Positions 1 to 13,095 of a stretch of DNA of 64,000 nucleotides are shown piece after piece (the first letter of the stretch is position 1; every line of letters begins with the position of its first letter). The DNA is from Octopus sinensis (lineage: Eukaryota), in the NCBI RefSeq assembly GCF_006345805.1, contig NC_043011.1, positions 47,628,464 to 47,692,463 on the forward strand. The letters are read 5' to 3'. A program made the translations under genes and the position numbers. The notes under the pieces are model-generated. The model was not told the DNA's origin and did no database searches. It was given only the letters and a program-made list of their open reading frames with translations.

Positions 1-112
1 GAACAAATTTGGGAGCAGATGGGCCAGTTGGTATGAGGTTACATAGAGAGAGAGCCTTCACTCATGGCTAGAGGCAATGAATTGACATTTTAGTAAGGTG
101 TTACCTTTTTTA

Positions 113-332
113 TACAAGGAGGTGCTGAAAAGTTCATGGCTTTAAGGGCATCCCAAAAGGCCTGACTGGAGGCCCACCTTTCAAGTTCTTTTATAGGGCT
201 TAGAAAAACTGAAGGACCACTGCAATAAGTGTGTGAATCTGAGAGTGGGATATGTTGAATAAAATCATAATTAACTGATCCTCCTGTATTTTCTTTTACC
301 CAAAACCAAAAACTTTAAACCACCCTTTTGTA
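113..332. mobile_element. Mariner-derived ~220 bp MITE (copy 1)
   Basis: TA-flanked imperfect TIRs caaggaggtgctgaaaagtt / aactttaaaccacccttttg; homologous to 10520-10742 and 46448-46670. Confidence 0.75.
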
Positions 333-1141
333 TATAAAATAAATAACAAATACTCCCTTTTAAAGCCTAGCAAGGCTCATGGGTCTGGTTTCCTGGTTAC
401 ATTGGCGTATGTGTTCCCCAGCTGGATGGGATGCCAGTCCATTGCAGCATTACTCATTTTTGCCAGCTGAGTGGACTGGAGCAACATGAAATGAAGTGTT
501 TTGTTCAAGAACACCATATGTCGCCCGGTCCAGTAATTGAAAACACAATCTTACGATCATGATGCTGACACCCTAACCACTAAGCCACGCACCTCCACCT
601 TTTGTATGTACCCATAACCTTTTCATAAGACATATGTAATTAGTATTTGTTACCCAAATATTTGATGAGAAGTTTGAAATGTGATCTACAGTTTACATCT
701 GAGCTGGGCTTACAACTCTATTTGCACAGGCCTAGCTATGGCAGAATAAATTTGCTCAAGATTCTCTACGGTGTAATGACACTCAGAGCAAAGTGTTTGT
801 GAAGTAAACCTTGAAACCACGCATCCATGCCTAGACTATAAATATATGAAAATCATTTAAGAAAGACATAAACTAGTTTTATTACACAAGGACTTATTGA
901 TACTTATTACACAAGGATATACTAAGCAGGCGGGAGAATATTATATTGAACCAGAAGGGCATTTAATGTGAGTTCATATCTGTTGTTTTAACATTGTGTG
1001 ATAAAGTTATGATCAGTTAAGTTATGAAGTTCAGTTATATCAACTGTACCTTGTAGTAAACTTGTAGCTAAGTTAGAAATTAATTTACCTATCTATGAGT
1101 GAGTATATGTGGTGTGTAAATGTGTGTGAGTGTGTGTGAAT

Positions 1142-1174
<33 letters not shown>

Positions 1175-2202
1175 GATGAATGAATACATGTACACGTGTA
1201 GATACATATCATTTACTTTATATTTAAAAATTTAAAGAAAACATGACAAAAATATTTGGATTTTTTTGAAAAATGCTTTTAACTTCGGGTATATTTTACG
1301 TCATATAATAATTTTACAAAGATATATTTTCCCCCCAAGTTTATATTAATATTAATAATATCGACAAGTTCCAATTTACCGTTTGGTTTTAATTTGTAAT
1401 CTGGTTTGTTTTGCGTTTATTATTATTTTTTTTTAGTATTTTTTGCATTTTTTTTTTTGTATTTTTGACATTATTATTATTTCCTGCAAGCAACAAATCA
1501 ATTAATATGACTGATACAATTCAAAAAAAAAAAAAAAACCCAGCTGAAACAGCAAGAGGGATGGTGTGAGGTGAGGTGTGCCAGACAAGTAAACAATGAT
1601 AAAGGGGTTCAAGAGAGTGGGGGGGAACGTAAAAGTTGAATTGAATCCGCAACAACATTTAATGCAATGCAAAACAACAAAGAGTAAAACAAAAAAGACA
1701 AAAAAAATCAGAAGAAAAATGTCATCATCATTGACAACAACAATAAGAAGAACAAAGATATCGCTTTAGTGTGTCATAGAATTTAATTCCTGCCAATGTT
1801 ATTTGATATCTTTAGAAAATACATCCTTATATTAAACAACTTTGATTACATGGACTGTCAATTAGGAGAACATACTTTGCTAGCATATTTCATGTAATTA
1901 TCTGTGTTACATTTTTATGTCTATTAGTGTGAGTATGTATGTATGTATGTATGTGTATGTGTTAGTGTGCCTAGTGTTAGTATATGTATGCTAGTGTCCG
2001 TTATTGTGTGTGCATATGTATGAATTTTCATGTTTATTTAACGAACAAGTGAAAGTAAAGAAAAGCCATAAACACCAGTGATAATTGCATAATGCATATT
2101 TGATATACATGTTTAGGAGAATCAGAAATACGTATGTGTGTGGGTTTCAATGTATTACATTATTATCAGTAGTAGTATTTTGTATTACTTACAAATTCAT
2201 AC

Positions 2203-2368
2203 TTATATATATACATATATATACACATATATACATACATATATATATATATACACATATACATATATATACATATACATATATATACATATACATATAT
2301 ATATATATATATACTTATATATACATGTATATATATATACATATATACATATGCATACATACATATAC

Positions 2369-2431
<63 letters not shown>

Positions 2432-2446
2432 CATTCATATATATAC

Positions 2447-2493
<47 letters not shown>

Positions 2494-2580
2494 ATATATA
2501 TATATATACTTATATATATATATATATATATAATATATATATATATACTTATATATATATATATATATATACATACATAC
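2203..2580. repeat. Compound (TA)n/(CATA)n microsatellite
   Basis: Direct inspection. Similar arrays at 7575-7915, 27665-28135, 30130-30620, 36150-36630, 37580-37820, 49640-49925, 51935-52260, 53765-54010 and 57660-58270. Confidence 0.98.
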
Positions 2581-3446
2581 TCATAGACGTAAGTTTATAT
2601 GTAGAAATATGAAAATTTATACTAAGCTATATCTGTGAGTGTACGTGTACATACATGCATATGCCCAGAGACAACTATATATGTAGAAATATAAATCAAT
2701 TCATATATTCGAATCTTTATATGATATATAAATGTTTGAACTATCTCAAATTACTATCTATTGTGGCTAATTCTAAATTATAATTCCAATTCCTTTTCGA
2801 GAAGAAGGAAAGGTGGTGAGAGATATTTCATGAAGTTTCTAAATTTTTACTGCTTTTTTGAAAGGTAAAATTACACTTAATGCTCCGTACCAGTTTTGTA
2901 TCTCTAGATAAATGCATGTCCCCTATTAATGTCTCTTGTAATGAAAGGACGCTAAGTGAGAAGGCATCATTATCCAGGAACTTACAACTTGGTGATCAAA
3001 ATGTCAAAGTTATTTTGTTTGTGTGTATTATTTTTTTTTTTTTTTGTTTTTTGTTTTTTTCCCCCCTCACCATCTTTCTATTTTGGTTAATTTCCATTTC
3101 AGAAATGTTAGATTTGTCATGCAAGAATAATAATAGAATGAAAGAGAATAATAGACAGAAAGCAAGAGAAAAAGGTGAGTGGGTTTCATAACCAAACAAA
3201 AGAGCTACTATGCAGATATTTAACATCTAACCTCTCAAAATTTCTTTTAAGAAACTTCTCAATGGTCTTTGGAATAAATAATTAACACAAGTTACAGAAG
3301 CAGATCCTATATAATCAATCAATCAATCTACCCAATAAATTTACTACAAAACCCACTACTTTTTTAAAATGGAGACCAGATGTTTAGTTTTCAAATCCTA
3401 ACATATTATCACCCATAAAACAAAAAAGAAAAATGTCATAAGCACA

Positions 3447-3850
3447 GGAGTGGCTGTGTGGTAAGTAGTTTGCTTACCAACCACATGGTTCCAGGTTCAG
3501 TCCCACTGTGTGGCACCTTGGGCAACTGTCTTCTGCTATAGCCTCGGGCTGACCAAAGCCTTGTGAGTAGATTTGGTAGATGGAAACTGAAAGAAGCCTA
3601 TCGTATATATGTATATGTATATATATATGTGTGTGTTTGTATGTCTGTGTTTGTCACCCCAACATTGCTTGACAACCAATGCTGGTGTGTTTACGTCCTC
3701 GTAACTTAGCGGTTTGGCAAAAAGAAACTAATAGAATAAGTACTAGGCTTACAAAGAATAAGTCCTGGGGTCGATTTGCTCGACTAAAGGTGGTGCTCCA
3801 GCATGGCCACAGTAAAATGACTGAAACAAGTAAAAAGAGTAAGAGTATAG
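3447..3850 (+). mobile_element. SINE family A (tRNA head, CORE-like accttgggcaagtgtctt block, internal microsatellite, (AAAAGAGT)n tail)
   Basis: ggagtggctgtgtggtaagtag.. head with A/B-box-like motifs. Further copies at about 4376-4800(+), 8168-8565(-), 9855-10195(+), 11277-11445(+), 24380-25035(-), 25315-25655(-), 29015-29430(-), 37885-38040(+), 38930-39290(-), 41180-41920(-), 43645-44065(-), 45660-46250(-), 52262-52660(+), 55880-56455(-), 58965-59310(+), 63128-63550(+). Confidence 0.9.
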
Positions 3851-4532
3851 ACACCACTAGTAAAATAGATGAGGTCTACTTTTAACTGATTACTTCTGTG
3901 TTAAGTGTTTTCTCAAGCAGAGCTGTTTAAGTCTACTAAGGAGAAGGATACACAGGGAAACTTAATATGGATGAATATCAGTTTGTATATTTATTAATTT
4001 ATATGGAAGCAGTAAGCTGACGGAACTGCCAGCATGCAGGGCAAAACGGTTAGAGGCATTTTATCTGTTTTTATTTTCTGAGTCTGAGTTCTGCTGAGGT
4101 CAAATTTGCTTTGCATTCTTTCGGGGTCGATAAACTAAGTACCAGTTGAGTCATGGAGTTGATGAAATTGACTTAGCCCTCTCTCCACCAAATATGATGG
4201 CTTTGGACCAAAATTTAAAACCAATATTCAGTTGAGACCAACCCAGCTGAAACCGGTTCTGGATCTGTAGTACAAATGTCTTGTTTTCATAATATTATAG
4301 CCATCAAAATAAAGGACGAAATTAGTAAACCAGAAGCTTCAGATTACTCTAACATTAAAATATATATGCATAGCAGGAGTGGCTGTGTGGTAAGTAGCTT
4401 GCTTACCAACCACATGGTTCCAGGTTCAGTCCCACTGCGTGGCACCTTGGGCAAGTGTCTTCTACTATAGCCTCAGGCTGACGAAGGCCTTGTGAGTGGA
4501 TTTGGTAAATGGAAACTGAAAGAAGCCCATCG

Positions 4533-4567
<35 letters not shown>

Positions 4568-5102
4568 GTATGTGTGTGTATATGTTTGTGCGTCTGTTTC
4601 CCCCCCCCACTCGCCACATCGATTGACAACCGATGCTGGTGTCTTTACGTCCCCGTAACTTAGCGGTTTGGCAAAAGAGACCGATAGAATAAGTACCAGG
4701 CTAACAAACAATAAGTCCTGGGGGCGATTTGCTCAACTAAAGGCGGTGCTCCAGCATGGCCACAGTCACATGACTGAAACAAGTAAAAGAGTTAAGAGAG
4801 TATAAACTTTTGCCCATGTAAGAAAACCCGAATTTGACCAAAATTTCACAATTTCACCAAAAGTAATATTGTGACGATAGATTAGGACTGACATGCTGAT
4901 ACAATATGCTGTATGATGATTACACATACTTTCTTTACAATGGGAAATTCATTCATTATAATCTAGAGAAACACATGTTAATTAATTATCCAGTGCTCCA
5001 GATACACTGATGCAATTATAACAAATATTTTACAGTTAAGTGACCTGGAAGAGCGAGATTTTTTAATATGATGAGCAAAGATAATAAACGCACAGAGCTA
5101 AT

Positions 5103-5471
5103 GGAAGCACTCCGTCGGTTACGACGACGAGGGTTCCGGTTGATCCGAATCAACGGAACAGCCTGCTCGTGAAATTAACGTGTAAGTGGCTGAGCACTCC
5201 ACAGAAACGTGTACCCTTAACGTAGTTCTCGGGGATATTCAGCATGACACAGAGAGTGACAAGGCCGGCCCTTTGAAATACAGGTACAACAGAAACAGGA
5301 GGTAAGAGTGAGAGAAAGTTGTGGTGAAAGAGTACAGCAGGGCTCACCACCACCCACTGCCGGAGCCTCGTGGAGCTTTAGGTGTTTTCGCTCAATAAAC
5401 ACTCACAATGCCCGGTCTGGGAATCGAAACCGCGAGTCCGCTGCCCTAACCACTGGGCCATTGCGCCTCCA
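5103..5471 (-). mobile_element. SINE family C (tRNA-derived head), full-length with 12-bp target-site duplication
   Basis: TSD cacagagctaat at 5091-5102 and 5472-5483; minus-strand head gcgcaatggcccagtggttagggcagcggactc. Related copies at ~370-600(-), 11900-12030(-), 17730-18025(+), 21090-21420(+), 21520-21740(-), 38484-38775(+). Confidence 0.88.
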
Positions 5472-6527
5472 CACAGAGCTAATAACAAGTTGCATTCCAG
5501 CATCCAGTTGCTGACTTGGTTAGTAGTCACTTATAACTTGTAAATGCGGGTCTCTCAGTGAAGTTAAAAGATACTAGAATCAGATCAAAGTAGCGCTGGC
5601 TTGCATCAGGAAAAAAGACTATCAAACTCTAAAAGGAACTGTACTTTCTGATGTGTAAGCACTCACCTCTACTTAATAGTAATCTTGGTTACTATTAAGC
5701 AACCAGGATCTCACTTAATAAATAATATCAGTTTCAAATTTCAGCACAAGGCCAGCAATTTCGGGTGAGGGGTTAAGTCAGTTACATTGACCTCTGCGCT
5801 CAACTGATACTTCTTTTATTCTTTTCTACTCTAGGCACAAGGCTCAAAATATTTGGGGAGTGGAACTAGTTGATTAGATCAACGCCAGTATTCAACTGGT
5901 ACTTAATTTATCGACCCCAAAAGGATGAAAGGCAAAATCGACCTCAGGTGAATTTGAACTCAGAACATTAAAACAGACGTAATACTGCTAAGCATTTCAT
6001 CTGGTGTGCTAACGTTTCTTATTTCTTTATTGCCCACAAGGGGCTAAACATAGAGGGGACAAACAAGGACAGACAAAGGGATTAAGTTGATAACATTGAC
6101 TCTTGTACGTAACTGGTACTTAATTTATTGCCCCTGAATGGATGAAAAACAAAATCAACCTTGGGTGAATTAGAACTCAGAACTTTAAAATAGACGTAAT
6201 ACCATTAAGTATTTTGCCCAGTGTGCTAACATTTCTGCCAGCTCACCGTCTTTGATACTAATTTTATTGACTTGAAAAGGGTGAAAGGTTAAGTCGACCA
6301 TAGCAGGGTCTGAACTCAGTATTTAAACACAGACAAAATGCCGCTAAGCATTTTATTCAGTGTGCTAACACTCAATAAATAATACTGACCTTTAAGAATA
6401 GGCTAAGCATTATCACTAGCAACAAATGCAGAAGTAGCAGTAATTTATTAAAAGACATTTTCCTGCCAGGATACGTAAGACAGTATTATAGCTCATGGTG
6501 ATCCTGTCTGTCACAAGCCTGGACTAT

Positions 6528-6756
6528 TTAACCCTTTCATTACTGTATTTATTTTGAGAGGCGTTGTGCTTTTATCAATTATTTTAAATATAACAAAGAA
6601 TTTAGTAAAATAACATAGTTATCATTAAGCTAGTGTTAGGAACATAAATTGTGACTAAGGTTTGGTGGAAAATTGTAATTCAAAACTTATAAAAGCAAGA
6701 CAGTTGTACTACAGAGGCTGGGGCAGTTTCAGCCGGGTTAGTATTGAAAGGGTTAA
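6528..6756. mobile_element. piggyBac-like MITE (TTAA-CCC...GGG-TTAA)
   Basis: TTAA-ccctttca ... tgaaaggg-TTAA; homologous in reverse to 12866-13095. Confidence 0.75.
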
Positions 6757-7037
6757 GACTCCTTGTAGTCTCCAAACAACTCAAATCTGATCTTCATTTT
6801 ATCAATTATTTTATCAATTATTTTAAATATAACAAAGAATTTAGTAAAATAACTTAGTTATCATTAAGCTAGTGTTAGGAACATAAATTGTGACTGAGGT
6901 ATAGTAGAAGATTTTAATTCAAAACTTATGAAAACAAGACATTTGTACTACAGAGGCAGGGGCAGTTTCAGCCGGGTTAGTATTGAAAGTGTTAAGACTC
7001 CTTGTAGTCTCCAAACAACTCAAACCTGATCTTCATT
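6574..7037. repeat. Tandem duplication (~239 bp period) of a MITE end plus host flank
   Basis: 6574-6797 is repeated at 6813-7037, including the flank gactccttgtagtctccaaacaactcaaa. Confidence 0.9.
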
Positions 7038-7876
7038 CTTATTTTCGTGCAGTCTTTGTGACAGCTATATCTCAGCAGTTCTTCAATATTTTTTCCATTT
7101 CTCCATTACAATATTTTTCCATTTCTCTTGAAGTCATTAAAAAAAAAATATCAGCCTTTAAAGTCTAAAGTTAAGGCTATTAGCGTCTTTCTCAGTAACA
7201 TATAATTGTTTATATATACATGTGTGTATATATATTTGTATATATATGTATATATATATATTTGTACTTAATTTAAATTTCACTGAAACATTTTTTTTTT
7301 TCTTTAAGTCAAGGGAAAAAAAATTCATTATTGTACTTTTCTAGTAGTCTCCAAAATATGAATATACAACAAAATCCTAATTTAAATTTAACATATTAGA
7401 GAGAAAATAAGTAAAATTAAAATAAGCCAAAGTAATGTTAATGTCGATGAAGATAATCTATTTTATTAACACAGCCTTTGGGATTTATTTAAGTTGTCAG
7501 CTTTTATGTCTATGCAGGAATAAGTTGATGGCTGATGGCCAAATGCTAAAACTTGATAATAGGGGTGACAGCACATGAATTATATATATACATACATATA
7601 CATACATATATATATATACATATATATACATATATATACATATACATATATATATACATATATATACATATATATACATATACATATATATATATACACA
7701 CACACATGTGCGCATACACACACAAGCACACACATACACATATATATGTAACACAAAGAGGGAAAGTAGTTTATGTACCATATTGTGTGTGTGTATGTAT
7801 ATCAATATATATATATGTGTGTGTGTGTGTGCATGTGTGTATCAATCCATTTATTTATCAATCGATGTATATGTAC

Positions 7877-7919
<43 letters not shown>

Positions 7920-10194
7920 CATATATATGAAGAAAACAAGGAATGATAATGTTTATCACATATATTTTTTCAGTTTTACGTTTACTTTTCATGCTAGCAT
8001 GGGTTAGGCAACAGTATTATTGACGCTCTCATTTACAGCTATCAACACTCCCTATCCTTACCTCCATCTGCTTTTCAAATATAGGATCTCTTATTTCATC
8101 TGTACATAGTTCCTTTGTCCTTTACTTTTTTGTTGTTTTATCATATGTTCAATTGTGTATATGTATACTTTTTACTCTTTACTTGTTTCAGTCATTTGAT
8201 TGTGGCCATGCAGGAGCACTGCCTTTAGTCGAGCAAATCGACCCCAGGACTTATTCTTTGTAAGCCTAATACTTATTCTATCAGTTTCTTTTTGCCGAAC
8301 TGCTAAGTTACGGGGATGTAAACACTCCAGCATCAGTTGTCAAGCGATGTTGGGGGAACAAACACAGACACACAAACGTATACACACACACTTATATATA
8401 AATATATATACATATATACAACGGGCTTCTTTCAGTTTCCATCTACCAAATCCACTCACAAGGCTTTGGTCGACCCGAGGCTATAGTAGAAGACACTTGC
8501 CCAAGGTGCCACACAGTGGGACTGAACCCGGAACCATGTGGTTCATAAGCAAACAACTTACCACACAGCCTTTGTCTATTAATGAATATCTATTTGCACA
8601 ATATTTAGAATGTATATGTGTGGCTATTGTGTGTACGTATTATGTGTTATAACAGAATGCTTGTCAAAGGGTCTCAGTACATTTTGTAAAGTGCTTGGCA
8701 TTAGGAAGAGGGTCAAGTGTAGATACCAAGCCAAAAACAGACTATGGAATCTGGTGCAGGGCATGGCTTTGCCAGCCCAAGTCAAGCTGTACAACCCATG
8801 CCAGCATAGAAAACAGATGTGTGTATATATATATGTATATGTGCATATATATATATATATATATATAACGATTTTTTGTGGCCGTTGCCAGTACTGCGAG
8901 ACTGGCCCTCATGCCGGTGGAACGTAAAAGCACCCACTACACTCTTGGATGAGTTGGTGCTAGGAAGGGCATCCAGCTGTAGAAACTCTGCCAGATCAAG
9001 CTTGGAGCCTGGTGCTGCCATCTGGTTCACCAGTCCTCAGTCAAATCATCCAACCCATGCTAGCCTGGAAAGCGGACGTTAAACTATGATGATGAGAGAG
9101 AGAGAGATTGATAGACAGATAGATATAGTTGCATAAAGACTCTTCCTTATACATACACATATCTGTGTTTGTGTGTGTGTGTGTTTGTGTGTAAATGTGT
9201 ATGTATGCATTAGTTTGTTTACATGCATGTGTGGCTATGTCTTGTGTGCGTGTATGTGTGTGTGTGTGCATATGTTGTGACTAACTGCCATTGGCTATTG
9301 TAGACATTTTATTTCAATACATTTGCAATAATGTCTTGCCATCTAAATGGAAGATGGGCATCTTGGCAAATATATCTTCTTATAAGAGGTATTACCATGT
9401 TTGACTTTTAATGTTCGGGAATTACTTGTTAAGAGACTTATACGTTTAATACCTTTGGCCTGTGTTTTCAACAAACAGAACAGTCTTTATAGCTACATTA
9501 ATTTGTCTGTTTTGTGACATTAACTCTTCTCTGTGGTTCCATCTAACATAAACGATTTAATGTCTTAAACCTGTTTAAAATTTCAGATTTTTCATTAAAC
9601 AGTTTGTTTTGTTTGTTATAAATTTTCATGTGTGTGCATTTGTGTTTGTATGTGTGTGTATGTATGTGACATTTGAATAAATATATGCTACATATAATGT
9701 TGGGTGTGTGTCCGTGTGTGTGTATGTATATCAGAGTAATTTTGTGTGTAGTATATTTCTGGAACATGTAATGACTCTCTTGTGTATGGCCTTCTGCAAC
9801 AGAAACATTGAATAATGGAATAAACTAGAAAAAAAAGAGCAAAAAAGACACTTCCGGGTTCAGTCCCACTGCGTGGCATCTTGGGCACGTGTCTTCTGCT
9901 GTAGCCCCGGGCCGACCAATGCCTTGTGAGTGGATTTGGTAGACGGAAACTGAAAGAAGCCTGTCGTATATATGTATATATGTGTGTGTGTGTGTGTTTG
10001 TGTGATTGTCCCCCTAGCATTGCTTGACAACCGATGCTGGTGTGTTTATGTCCCCGTCACTTAGCGGTTCGGCAAAACAGACCAATAGAATAAGTACTGG
10101 GCTTACAAAAGAATAAGTCCTGGGGTCGATTTGCTCGACTAAAGGCGGTGCTCCAGCATGGCCGCAATGAAATGACTGAAACAAGTAAAAGAGT

Positions 10195-10249
10195 ATACAT
10201 ACACATACACATGCATGCACATGCACACTCACACACACACACACACACA

Positions 10250-10302
<53 letters not shown>

Positions 10303-10520
10303 ACAACACACACACACACTCACACACACACACACACACACCACACACACACTCACACACACACTCACACACACACACACACACTCACACACACCACACA
10401 CTCACACACACACACACCACACACTCACACACACACACACACTCACACACACACACACACACTCACACACACACACTCACACACACACACACACACACTC
10501 ACACACACACACACACACAC
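10195..10520. repeat. (CA)n microsatellite with CT interruptions
   Basis: Direct inspection; a 30-bp compound unit is repeated at 10805-10905. Confidence 0.98.
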
Positions 10521-10742
10521 GAGGTGGTGCTCAAAAGTTTCTGGTTTTAGGTAAAAGAAAATACAGGAGGACCAGTTAATTATGATTTTATTAAACATAT
10601 TCCCCTCTCAGAGTCACACACTTACTGCAGCAGCCCTTCAGTTTTCTTAAACCCCATAAAAGAACTCAGAAGGGTTTGGCCCCCAATCAGGCCTTACCCA
10701 ATAAATAACCTTAAAGCCAGGAGCTTTTCAGCAACCCCTAAT
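10520..10742. mobile_element. Mariner-derived MITE (copy 2)
   Basis: TIRs cgaggtggtgctcaaaagttt / agcttttcagcaacccct; interior is the reverse complement of 113-332. Confidence 0.75.
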
Positions 10743-11457
10743 ATAACACATATGCATGCATATATGTTACTAGCACAAAGCATACACATACATATCAGCT
10801 GCTAAACACATGCACACACAGACACACACACACATACACACATGCACACACAGACACACACACATACACACATGCACACACAGACACACACACATACACA
10901 CATGCACATGTACACACGTGAGTATATATTATTTGACTGTTGATGATATTGTAGATAAACTACATCTATTTCTAAGATGGCAGGGGCTAATTTGTGGGAG
11001 ATTTAGCTGCTATTTCTAATGAGTAAGACACATTCATTACTGCATGTGTGAAAAAAATTCATGTAGTGATGTGCACATATGAAAGTATGAATGTATATTG
11101 TCTAACTCAGTAGTACGCAACCAGGTTCCGTATGGCCATTGGGGTTTCATATAAGAATTTGTTCTTAAAGTATATACACAATAAATTTGTTATATTTCTA
11201 CATTATACAAAATATTTTAACAATTTTCTTTATACAATTCTTAATAATATTAATTATAAAAATATAATAGATTGTAGGAGTGGCTGTGTGGTAAGTAGCT
11301 TGCTTATGAACCACATAGTTCTGGGTTCAGTCCCACAGCGTGGCACCTTGGGCAAGTGTCTTCTACTATAGCCTCGGGCTGACTGAAGCCTTGTGAGTGG
11401 ATTTCGTAGGCGGAAACTGAAAGAAGCCCGTCGTATATATGTATTTATAGCCACTAC

Positions 11458-11618
11458 ACACATTTTTTTCTCTCCTTGATTTTTCTGTGTCCCTTTCTGT
11501 AGAAGAGCGTAGGCTCGAAATATAAAAGACTTTTTCTATTCCTGAGCGTTATACTAATACATCTGTTTGTTTTGTACACCACCTGTCTTCATCTTTTGTC
11601 TTTTTCATAAACTCTCCC

Positions 11619-11620
<2 letters not shown>
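11458..11620 (+). mobile_element. Short pLTR-like element with decayed hammerhead-like motif at 11493-11528
   Basis: cttt-CTGTAGA-a-GAGC(gtag)GCTC-GAAA-ta-t-a-aaag (CpG decay in stem III), followed by (TA)n; same family as 54010-54252. Confidence 0.55.
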
Positions 11621-11651
<31 letters not shown>

Positions 11652-11654
11652 ATA

Positions 11655-11830
11655 TTACAATTCTATATTTAAGAGATGAAGAATTATGTACATTATTTAC
11701 ATTTGACGGATATTTGTCATCTTTTTTCTTGTTAACACAACGTCTCGGCTGATATACTCTCCAGCCTTCATCATGTGTCTTGGGGAAATTTCGAACCTGG
11801 GTTCTCATTCCTAAGGTATTTTTCGATGTT
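11655..11830 (-). mobile_element. Short dispersed element with hammerhead-like motif at 11734-11779 (copy 1 of 3)
   Basis: Minus strand gacac-ATGATGA-a-GGCTG(gagagtatat)CAGCC-GAGA-CG-T-T-gtgtt; the same ~130-170 bp sequence recurs at 44140-44270 and 62035-62160. Confidence 0.6.
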
Positions 11831-12865
11831 GTTATTATTATTATTAGCCTTCAAATAATTCCACCCCAGTGGCTAGGCAAGCAGACCAACATTCCATCCT
11901 GATTGAAAGGGGGACTGGAGTAACAGGAAATGAAGTGTTTTGCTCAAGAACACAATGCATCACCCAGTCTGGAAATTGAACCCTCGATCTGATGATCACG
12001 AGTCCAACAGTCTAACCACTAGGCCATGGTTTTCCTAAATTTACATGTAAAAAGAACAAAGAATACATACTTCTAGAACCTTTAAAAAGGTTGTTGTATA
12101 AATAAATAGCTGTATATTCAAAGTGTACCTATCAATATACACTTATTCTATGCAATATAAGCATACTTGGCATGTTTGTGTAAACATACAAGTTAATGTT
12201 TCATTCAGCAGGCATCGATCTTGACGTTACTGCCAAGTTCTTTAAGAAATATCTCCAGGAGCAAATTGGGTACAAGATAAATCATTTCCAAAAATAAAGC
12301 GAGAAAACCAAAGTCTGCGTAACCCTGATATATATATAATTGTAGGTTTCCCCTAAGACACAGATAAAGTTTTGCATCAGCTTGCAGCATAAATGCAGGT
12401 GCATTCTAAGAGAAAAACAAGGAGTTGATTAACTTCAAAGCAGCTTTAGGGAGATTGTAATCTCCAGCTGACAGTCAAATAGTTTGAAAGAGTTACTTTT
12501 CAAAGGGCAGCATATATTTACACTTTAAATATATTCAATAATATTAGGTAACCTTTCATTGGAAATGTAATAGCAAAATGACTGTATATTTTGGTGTTGA
12601 ATCATCATCTCACGGATTTCATGTTCATATCAGATACAAATAGATTATCGTATGTCTTGGAGAGAAATGCTTAATTCTATATTCTGCCTAAGGTTAGTTT
12701 CCAGCTATTTGGAAAATGGATGTTCAACAAATGCTATCAGTATTAGATATTAGGTATTTGACAAATGGCTTCTTCAGAGCAGAGATTCATTTCTTATCTG
12801 CTTCATACTTCTGGTTGTTTTAAGAAACTTTAAAGTTTCTTGAGACACACATTATCAGTTTTTAT

Positions 12866-13095
12866 TTTACCCTTTTGTTACTAACCCGTCTAAAACAGGC
12901 TCTGGCTCTGTAGTACAAATGTCTTGTTTTCATGAGTTTTGAATTAAAATCTTCCATCAAACCTTAGTCACAATTTACTTTCCTAACACTAGCTTAATGA
13001 TAACTAAGTTATTTTACTAAATTCTTTGTTATATTTAAAATTAATTGAAAGAAACACAGAGCATCTCATAATAAATACAGTAACAAAAGGGTTAA
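12866..13095. mobile_element. piggyBac-like MITE, same family as 6528-6756
   Basis: ttta-cccttttgtta ... taacaaaaggg-TTAA. Confidence 0.75.

Noticed and set aside
12205-12410. Minus-strand ORF NAPAFMLQADAK..GYADFGFLALFLEMIYLVPNLLLEIFLKELG after a good acceptor
   Set aside because: It contains an internal (TA)5 run, the plus strand has a competing open frame, and no homology is recognised.
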